The notes beneath the pieces were generated by a model, which was not told the DNA's origin, made no database searches, and saw only the letters and a list, made by a program, of their open reading frames with translations. A stretch of DNA of 53,975 nt, from the NCBI GenBank assembly GCA_964646855.1, contig CAZYHQ010000003.1, positions 1 through 53,975 of the forward strand, read 5' to 3'. Shown here piece after piece: positions 26,454-32,660 of the stretch. Made by a program: the position numbers and the translations under genes. Source of the DNA: an uncultured archaeon. Its GTDB lineage: Archaea; Aenigmatarchaeota; Aenigmatarchaeia; CG10238-14; SCSR01. Position 1 is the stretch's first letter. Each line of letters begins with the position of its first letter.

Positions 26454-26933
26454 ATGGAAAAGTACAGAATTTATTTGGACACAAATACAGTTCAAGACTT
26501 CTTCATTAACCAAGCTTTAGCATTCAAAGGCAAGAGACCATTTCTGATGCCGAAGAAATTGGAATTCTTTATAGACAACATAAGTAAGATGGATTTTGTA
26601 ACTTCGTTCTACACAGAAGCCGAAGTAATGAGGGAGTTGGTAGCAGGTTATGGAATGGATAAAAATAAGGTTGGAGAAATTTGGGACGGGCTCATTAAGT
26701 TGTTAAACTGCGAGTTTATAGCCGAATTCAAATTTGACCGAAGTCTAGCAGAACTTGCCGGCAGTCTGAAATTGAGATTAAGGACTATGATTAACTTCCA
26801 GCATCTGAGAATTGCAATGAGCATAAACGCTTACTTGGTTACAGGTGATAGTGATTTAATCAAAAAATCAAGAGAAAACAAACTTTACGATAAGATTTTG
26901 AGTTACATAGAATTAAGAAAACTTATCGCTTAA
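26454..26933 (+). CDS. PIN-like domain protein (orphan)
   Basis: 159-aa ORF. N-terminal IYLDTNTV and C-terminal YLVTGDSDL acidic motifs in PIN-like spacing. No adjacent upstream antitoxin ORF. Confidence 0.55.
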   Translation: MEKYRIYLDTNTVQDFFINQALAFKGKRPFLMPKKLEFFIDNISKMDFVTSFYTEAEVMRELVAGYGMDKNKVGEIWDGLIKLLNCEFIAEFKFDRSLAELAGSLKLRLRTMINFQHLRIAMSINAYLVTGDSDLIKKSRENKLYDKILSYIELRKLIA

Positions 26934-27033
26934 CTTTCCTAGCCAACTCTTCGAAGAAATCTCTATGTTTTTTAACGAATTCTATCCATTCTTTCTTTTT
27001 TTGTTCAGGCAAGTCATTTTTCCCCTTTCTCAT
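26923..27033 (-). CDS. Possible 36-aa basic protein, convergent with and overlapping the PIN gene 3' end
   Basis: Manual translation gives MRKGKNDLPEQKKKEWIEFVKKHRDFFEELARKVKR. TATA-like TATATATTCTATAATAG about 20-35 nt upstream on the minus strand. Short, so weak. Confidence 0.25.
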   Translation of the reverse strand: MRKGKNDLPEQKKKEWIEFVKKHRDFFEELARKVKR

Positions 27034-27057
27034 AATTCTCTTTAGTCTATTATAGAA

Positions 27058-27132
27058 TATATAGATTTACCACCTACTGCGGTGGTAAATTCCGGCTTTT
27101 GCTACCACTAGCCACGGTGCCAAATCTATATA
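27058..27132. promoter_or_regulatory. Composite palindromic element (site B): outer 11-bp IR, inner TTTACCACC-N6-GGTGGTAAA, second TACCAC-N8-GTGCCA
   Basis: Read directly. TATATAGATTT (27058-27068) pairs with AAATCTATATA (27122-27132). TACCAC-CTACTGCG-GTGGTA at 27068-27087. TACCAC-TAGCCACG-GTGCCA at 27103-27122. Confidence 0.65.
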
Positions 27133-27157
27133 CTAAGTATTTTTACAGAAATTTTTC

Positions 27158-27397
27158 ATGGGGTCGCAGAAGAGAATTGCTATAGAAAAGCACGAAGATA
27201 TTTCTTGGATTATACTAGATAATAATTTTGAGGTCACACGTAAAACTCTTGTACAACTATTCGGAAAGATCAATCAAATAAAAAAATTGTTTGAACCAGT
27301 CTATTTGTTCGTTTTTAAACAAGTTGAACTTGAAGGCATCGATACAGGGCATTCATGGGTAAAAGTTATAAAAATCCGACATATTCATAAAATTTAG
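27158..27397 (+). CDS. Hypothetical small protein (first gene of the 27.1-29.4 kb module)
   Basis: 79-aa ORF, 26 nt upstream of the 493-aa gene. No motif recognised. Confidence 0.45.
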   Translation: MGSQKRIAIEKHEDISWIILDNNFEVTRKTLVQLFGKINQIKKLFEPVYLFVFKQVELEGIDTGHSWVKVIKIRHIHKI

Positions 27398-27423
27398 ATA
27401 CTTTACTTGTCCAATAATTAACA

Positions 27424-28905
27424 ATGGCTGACAGACTTTTTGTTTTTACTGCAAGTGGAGCTGAAGCCGAAAGACATTACATAGACACGATTGAAGAAGG
27501 ATTTGCTTTTGATAATATTAAAAAATTCTTATCAAGTGAAGAAGCAAATCTAATTAAAAATATTTTTAGAGATCAAAAGATACGTGCGTGGGGTGCGACA
27601 CCAGGCTCTGGTAATAAACGCACATGGAACAACTTGCAAACCGGCGATAAGATTCTTATTTACAGGAATAAACATTTTGACTATGCTGCTGAAGTGGTTT
27701 TTAAATTTCATAACAAAGACTTAGCCGAACACCTTTGGAAAACCAATTCTATGGGTCAAACTTGGGAATACATGTATCTTCTGGACAATTTAACAGAACT
27801 ATCTGTTCCTATAAATGAATTTAATAAAGTTCTCGGGTTTTCGGACAATTATGTCCCACAAGGATTTGCTCAAATAAAAGAAGAGAGATTGCAATCATTT
27901 TCTTCAGTTGATGATTTTTTAAATTATTTGGTGGAGGGACGATGGATTACTGAAAACAAAGAGATTCCAAAAGAAATACAGAGACAAATAATTCGAGAAA
28001 AAGTAAGTAGTTGGCAGATTAGCAGAACTGAAATCTTAGAACAAAATTTGGAAAATCTAATTATTGACAGATTAGATAATCTTGAGCCAGGTTTACAACT
28101 CATGGAACGACAAAAAGATCTTGGGGAAGTCGGCCGTTTGGATTTGCTATGTAAAAACCATAATTATAATTTTGTAGTTATTGAATTGAAAAAATCTAAA
28201 GCAGGGTCATCTGTAATTGATCAAACCGTTCGCTATATGGGATGGGTAAAAACAAATTTGGCAAAACCAGGCCAGACAGTTCGTGGGATAATTATTGTCG
28301 GTAAAGAAGACACATATCTCAGATATGCTGCAGCCGCCTTGCCTGGACTGATAGATGTAAAAGTATTTGACATAGGTCTGAGATCAATTCAAAATGAACA
28401 AAACCCCAAAATTAAAATTGACATAGAAGAAAAAAAGTTACAAACGCTTACAGATTCTATAATGCAGTCTATCGTAACCTGCAACGAAAAATTTATGGGT
28501 CGTAACAGAGGTGAAAACGTTTTCAAACCAACAAATGAATTTCTTCGAGGTTCAAAGATACTAAAAACTCCAGTTAAATCTAAGGAAAATTTCGCGGATT
28601 TTATCGATGCTCTTTACAAAATTATTATTGAAAGTTCTGGAAATCTTGATCGCGTTCCGAATAACTTTAAAAATCTAAATTTTGTAGGAAATGAAATCAA
28701 TTTGTTGAGAAATTATTTTAGACACGACATAGAACATGGGGATTCAACTGCAACCAAGAGACAGAAAACTGTAACAATCTTAAAAAAATATACTGGTAAA
28801 TCTGATTTTGAAAGTTTTGATATAGAAACGCTTATTTCATTTCAGGAAGATTTGCTTGGAAAAGTTTTACAATTCCTTCAAGATTTAGAAAAATCTATAA
28901 TTTAA
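27424..28905 (+). CDS. Multidomain protein: N-terminal reader-like domain + NucS/DUF91-like PD-(D/E)xK nuclease core + C-terminal HEPN-like (Rx4H) domain
   Basis: 493-aa ORF. The central segment GRLDLLCKNHNYNFVVIELKKSKAGSSVIDQTVRYMGW...VRGIIIVG has a D...E-x-K layout as in the NucS C-terminal domain. The C-terminal LLRNYFRHDIEHG fits Rx4H. Confidence 0.6.
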   Translation: MADRLFVFTASGAEAERHYIDTIEEGFAFDNIKKFLSSEEANLIKNIFRDQKIRAWGATPGSGNKRTWNNLQTGDKILIYRNKHFDYAAEVVFKFHNKDLAEHLWKTNSMGQTWEYMYLLDNLTELSVPINEFNKVLGFSDNYVPQGFAQIKEERLQSFSSVDDFLNYLVEGRWITENKEIPKEIQRQIIREKVSSWQISRTEILEQNLENLIIDRLDNLEPGLQLMERQKDLGEVGRLDLLCKNHNYNFVVIELKKSKAGSSVIDQTVRYMGWVKTNLAKPGQTVRGIIIVGKEDTYLRYAAAALPGLIDVKVFDIGLRSIQNEQNPKIKIDIEEKKLQTLTDSIMQSIVTCNEKFMGRNRGENVFKPTNEFLRGSKILKTPVKSKENFADFIDALYKIIIESSGNLDRVPNNFKNLNFVGNEINLLRNYFRHDIEHGDSTATKRQKTVTILKKYTGKSDFESFDIETLISFQEDLLGKVLQFLQDLEKSII

Positions 28906-28986
28906 TTTATCACAAAACGGACAAGATAATTCTGCGTATCCTCCTCTCATGTAAACAATTTATCTTAAATAAATAAAAGAATTTTT

Positions 28987-29403
28987 ATGAGTCGGGAAAA
29001 TTTCATTATTAAAGAGATTTCTGCTGATGAAATTCCATACGCTGAATGGCAGAAAGCAGAGAATCTAGTAAAAAAGATTATGGAAAAAGAATTTGAAATG
29101 AAATTTAGTAAACAGAAACTCATAGTCGGTTACAAAACTAACGGTGAACCAAAACACAAAGAATTTGATCTGGTCTCAGAGGACAGTAATATAGTAGTAC
29201 AAGTTAAGAGTTCAAGCCCACAAAAAAGTGGTAGGAAACCTGCAACAAATATAGCAAGATGTTATGGAGATTGTTATCTACTAGAAAAGGTAACTGCATG
29301 GAAGAAAATCTTGGCGCTTACAAATAAAGAGTTTTACGAAATTTTCAAAAAAGATTCAGAAGGTTTAATTTCTGGAATTGAAGTTAGACTAGTTGAAAAA
29401 TAA
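28987..29403 (+). CDS. Hypothetical protein, possible minimal PD-(D/E)xK-like fold
   Basis: 138-aa ORF. EFDLVSEDSNIVVQVKSS gives a D...(Q)-x-K arrangement. Weak, motif-only. Confidence 0.4.
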   Translation: MSRENFIIKEISADEIPYAEWQKAENLVKKIMEKEFEMKFSKQKLIVGYKTNGEPKHKEFDLVSEDSNIVVQVKSSSPQKSGRKPATNIARCYGDCYLLEKVTAWKKILALTNKEFYEIFKKDSEGLISGIEVRLVEK

Positions 29404-29437
29404 TTCCCCCGCCCCGCATTCGCCCCAACGCAAAAAT

Positions 29438-29647
29438 TTATTTTTCATCAGAAAGCAACTTAGCTAAGCCCGATTTCAATTCGTTGTATTTTTTAATTGT
29501 TTTATCAATGTAATCCATAGCTTTCCTAACTCTTTTTAGATTAGGCTTATCTTTTGATCCTAAATACAAATATTGTCTCTTTCCATTTTCGTAATATGCA
29601 AAATAATAGTAACTCCTTTCCCCGCGAACTCTCTCTTCCAAGCTCAT
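29438..29647 (-). CDS. Hypothetical small basic protein
   Basis: 69-aa ORF (ERSYYYFAYYENGKRQYLYLGSKDK...). It is the only minus-strand gene in this stretch and is flanked by GC-rich direct repeats. Confidence 0.45.
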   Translation of the reverse strand: MSLEERVRGERSYYYFAYYENGKRQYLYLGSKDKPNLKRVRKAMDYIDKTIKKYNELKSGLAKLLSDEK

Positions 29648-29762
29648 GCTTCATTGATTAGAATTAATCTTTAAATCCTTAATTTCCCGGCCCCGTATGA
29701 GACGCGCGCAAAATATTTTCTACAGCAGAAAGGTTAAGTGTTTTGGAAAGAAGCTGTAATTA

Positions 29763-30935
29763 ATGGCAAAAAACGAAGAAAACAATGAAGAGGGTATTGT
29801 AGAAAGCAACATAGATAAAATTAGTGATGAAGATAGAGATTTCTATTCAGACGACAATCTTTATAATATCAATTCTTGGGGTGCCGATTTATCTTTTAGA
29901 GAACTAATTACGATGTATGATGAAGGAGAATTATTAAAACCAGAAATCCAAAGATATTATGTCTGGGATAAGGTCGAAGCAAGCAGGTTTATTGAATCTT
30001 TATTGATGGGTTTACCTGTACCAAGTATATTCCTAGCCAAGAAAGAGAATCGAAAGTTAATCGTTGATGGTTATCAAAGAATAATGACTGTCCATGATTT
30101 TATTAAAGGAATTTTTTCTACTGACAATTCGGTATTCAAACTTTCCGATATAGAAGGAATTAATGAAAAATGGAGAGGTAAAACGTTTGAACAGCTAAGC
30201 GCCGACGAGCAAAGAAGGATAAAAAGCACCACAATTCATGCAATAATATTCGAGCAGACAAAACCAGAAGGCACCGATACAAGTTTATATCAGATTTTTG
30301 AAAGAATCAATACTGGAGGAAGAACGCTCACCCCACAGGAAATTAGAAATTGTGTGTACCAAGGGAGTTTTAATAAATTATTGATAAAATTAAACAAAAA
30401 TAATTATTGGAGAAAATTATACCGACAAGAAAATATAGATTTAAGAATGAGAGATATCGAGTTCATACTCAGATTTTTTACGCTATCTGATAGAAATGTT
30501 TTAGAGAAAGGAGTCGCACAAATTTCATTAAAAAAAGAATTGAATCTTTACATGGGAAGCAAAGATTCAACTAATGAAAAAATGCTAATGAAAAGAGAGA
30601 AAGATTTTGAAAAAGTAATGAAATTTATTTATGAAAATTTTGGAGACGAAGCATTTAGAAATTTCGTTAAAAATAAAGATGGTACCTTCAAAGATTTTAA
30701 AACCCTATCAGAAAAATTCAATCCAACGATTTTTGATTCGATTGCCATAGCAACATTATATGCTTTGAAAAGAAATCCTGAAATAAACATTGCAAATCTT
30801 AAACAGAGAAGAATTTCACTTCTTAGAAACAAGGAATTTATAGATTACACTTCTGTGAGAACAACAAACATCAAAAATATTATAGGAAGAATTGATTTGG
30901 CATTACAACATCTTTACGGTATGAAAGATGATTAA
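29763..30935 (+). CDS. DUF262 (ParB/Srx-like, GmrSD N-terminal type) domain protein
   Basis: 390-aa ORF. PEIQRYYVWDKVEASRFIESLLMGLPVPSIFL...IVDGYQRIMTV matches the DUF262 signature (QR..vW, DGxQR). No His-Me/DUF1524-like motif seen in the C-terminal half. Confidence 0.75.
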   Translation: MAKNEENNEEGIVESNIDKISDEDRDFYSDDNLYNINSWGADLSFRELITMYDEGELLKPEIQRYYVWDKVEASRFIESLLMGLPVPSIFLAKKENRKLIVDGYQRIMTVHDFIKGIFSTDNSVFKLSDIEGINEKWRGKTFEQLSADEQRRIKSTTIHAIIFEQTKPEGTDTSLYQIFERINTGGRTLTPQEIRNCVYQGSFNKLLIKLNKNNYWRKLYRQENIDLRMRDIEFILRFFTLSDRNVLEKGVAQISLKKELNLYMGSKDSTNEKMLMKREKDFEKVMKFIYENFGDEAFRNFVKNKDGTFKDFKTLSEKFNPTIFDSIAIATLYALKRNPEINIANLKQRRISLLRNKEFIDYTSVRTTNIKNIIGRIDLALQHLYGMKDD

Positions 30936-31440
30936 TCAAAATATTGATTTGATGCTAAATAACTGTAAAGAAGAACTTAAAATTGCTGGTGGTATAAAAC
31001 AGGCAGTTGGAGCATCAAGCCCAGTAATGATGTTTATTACAAGATATATTTTGATTAAAGTATGTGGTACGATAGAGCTTGCATACAAGACGATTGTTGC
31101 AGATTTTTGTGAAAGTACTCAAAGTGTACAAGTCAAAAATTTTATTTCTGATAGAGTACGAAATAGTTCAGATAACCCAACCATACAAAATATATGTCGG
31201 TTATTGAATTCTTTTGATAAAAATTGGAATAAGAACTTTAAAAAAAAGATAAAACTACTATCGAATAGAGAGAAAATAATTTTGTCTTTAACATCATTAA
31301 ATGATGCTAGAAATGTTTTTGCACATGGGGGTAGCCCGAGCGTTTCTTTTGATGATGTTGTAAATTATTTTGATGATGCTTGTATAATGATTAAACTGTT
31401 GGATGAAGTGGTAAATTCATCTCAACCACAACAAAATTAG
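30928..31440 (+). CDS. HEPN-domain protein (MAE_28990/MAE_18760-like)
   Basis: 170-aa ORF overlapping the DUF262 gene by 8 nt. All-helical. SLNDARNVFAHGG is an Rx4H HEPN motif. Confidence 0.6.
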   Translation: MINQNIDLMLNNCKEELKIAGGIKQAVGASSPVMMFITRYILIKVCGTIELAYKTIVADFCESTQSVQVKNFISDRVRNSSDNPTIQNICRLLNSFDKNWNKNFKKKIKLLSNREKIILSLTSLNDARNVFAHGGSPSVSFDDVVNYFDDACIMIKLLDEVVNSSQPQQN

Positions 31441-31506
31441 CTGCATCAATTTTAGCAATAAGTAACAGGACTTTATTTAAGTTTCTGAGGGCAGAATGAA
31501 TAAAGT

Positions 31507-31692
31507 ATGGTTAAATATTTAGTAAAAGGAATAATTCACACAAAACTCCTAGATCCATGGCCTGTAGATAAAGACGGAGTTTTTACAAAGGTTACAGAGG
31601 AATTAAACAGACTTTCTAAAGATGGATGGCAACTTGTATCTGTAATTCCTGCTGGTAATTCTGACAGAGCACTATACATTTTCAAAAAATAA
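31507..31692 (+). CDS. DUF4177-like small protein
   Basis: 61-aa ORF. ELNRLSKDGWQLVSVIP...ALYIFKK resembles the DUF4177 pattern (LN..g.eGWELVsv...vfKR). Confidence 0.45.
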   Translation: MVKYLVKGIIHTKLLDPWPVDKDGVFTKVTEELNRLSKDGWQLVSVIPAGNSDRALYIFKK

Positions 31693-31885
31693 AAGGAATT
31701 AATGTCATTTCTTGAAGCGAGGTTCACTAATCTAAGAAATTTACCACGAGAAGTAGGGTTTGACGAGTATTTTAAGTGCTTGGTTTTCTTATAAAATAAA
31801 TATATTCTCTAAGCATGTTAACAGAAATTAAAGAATCCAAACACTTTAGAAAACTTTAAATATGTGATAAGCTATGTTGTAAACG

Positions 31886-32137
31886 GTGAGAATAATTCAG
31901 ACAGCTGAAATTAATGAGTTAAGAGAAGAGATTGCGGAATTGAAAAAAGTAATATCTGCGTTGCTTGCTTTGAAATCTTTAGAATTAACATATTCTACTG
32001 ACATACCAAATATCGAACAAATAAAATTGCTTAAAAATACTGGTCTAAATTCTATACAAATAGCTAAAATTTTAAATCGAACTGATGGCTATGTCAGAAG
32101 CGAGTTATCTCGCATTAAGAAGAGAAAAGGTGATTGA
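31886..32137 (+). CDS. Small HTH protein, paralog 1 of a 4-gene tandem array (GTG start)
   Basis: 83-aa ORF. ELREEIAELKKVISALLAL... then an HTH (LNSIQIAKILNRTDGYVRSELSRIKK). Confidence 0.5.
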   Translation: MRIIQTAEINELREEIAELKKVISALLALKSLELTYSTDIPNIEQIKLLKNTGLNSIQIAKILNRTDGYVRSELSRIKKRKGD

Positions 32138-32299
32138 ATGGGAAAAGAAGAATTAGAAGAATTACAATCGATAAAAAAATTGTTGATAATCTTGCTTATT
32201 AAGTCAGGTGTGTCAGCCGATATTATAGGAAAGTCACTTGGCATACATCCTAGTCGTATCAGTCAGATTTTCCCAGTCAAGAGAATAAGAGAGAAGTGA
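32138..32299 (+). CDS. Small HTH protein, paralog 2
   Basis: Manual translation gives MGKEELEELQSIKKLLIILLIKSGVSADIIGKSLGIHPSRISQIFPVKRIREK (53 aa). The ATG directly abuts the previous stop. Confidence 0.55.
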   Translation: MGKEELEELQSIKKLLIILLIKSGVSADIIGKSLGIHPSRISQIFPVKRIREK

Positions 32300-32304
32300 A
32301 AAAT

Positions 32305-32472
32305 ATGACTAAAAAAGATCTGAAAGATTTGGAACTAATAAAGAAACTCTTAATACTTCATATCTTAAAATCTGGATCAACACCACATGAGATAAGGGAC
32401 ATTTTAAAAATGAGCGGGACCGATTTCAAGAAAATGTTTCCCAAAAACGTGAAGAAATATTTTGAAAAGTGA
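32305..32472 (+). CDS. Small HTH protein, paralog 3
   Basis: Manual translation gives MTKKDLKDLELIKKLLILHILKSGSTPHEIRDILKMSGTDFKKMFPKNVKKYFEK (55 aa). Confidence 0.55.
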   Translation: MTKKDLKDLELIKKLLILHILKSGSTPHEIRDILKMSGTDFKKMFPKNVKKYFEK

Positions 32473-32476
32473 TTGT

Positions 32477-32650
32477 ATGACCATAAAACAAAAATCTGAA
32501 ATAGATTTGCTTGAAGAAATAAGGAAATTATTAATTGTTTCTTTGCTTGTTACGGGTGTAGACGCATCAACATTAGCAAAAATTCTAGGTTATAAAAGCA
32601 AAAGTTCTATAACAAACGAGTTTCCAGTTAGAAAACTCCAGAAAAAGTGA
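32477..32650 (+). CDS. Small HTH protein, paralog 4
   Basis: Internal ATG of track ORF 32462..32650 gives MTIKQKSEIDLLEEIRKLLIVSLLVTGVDASTLAKILGYKSKSSITNEFPVRKLQKK (57 aa). Confidence 0.55.
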   Translation: MTIKQKSEIDLLEEIRKLLIVSLLVTGVDASTLAKILGYKSKSSITNEFPVRKLQKK

Positions 32651-32660
32651 AGTTGGTCAC

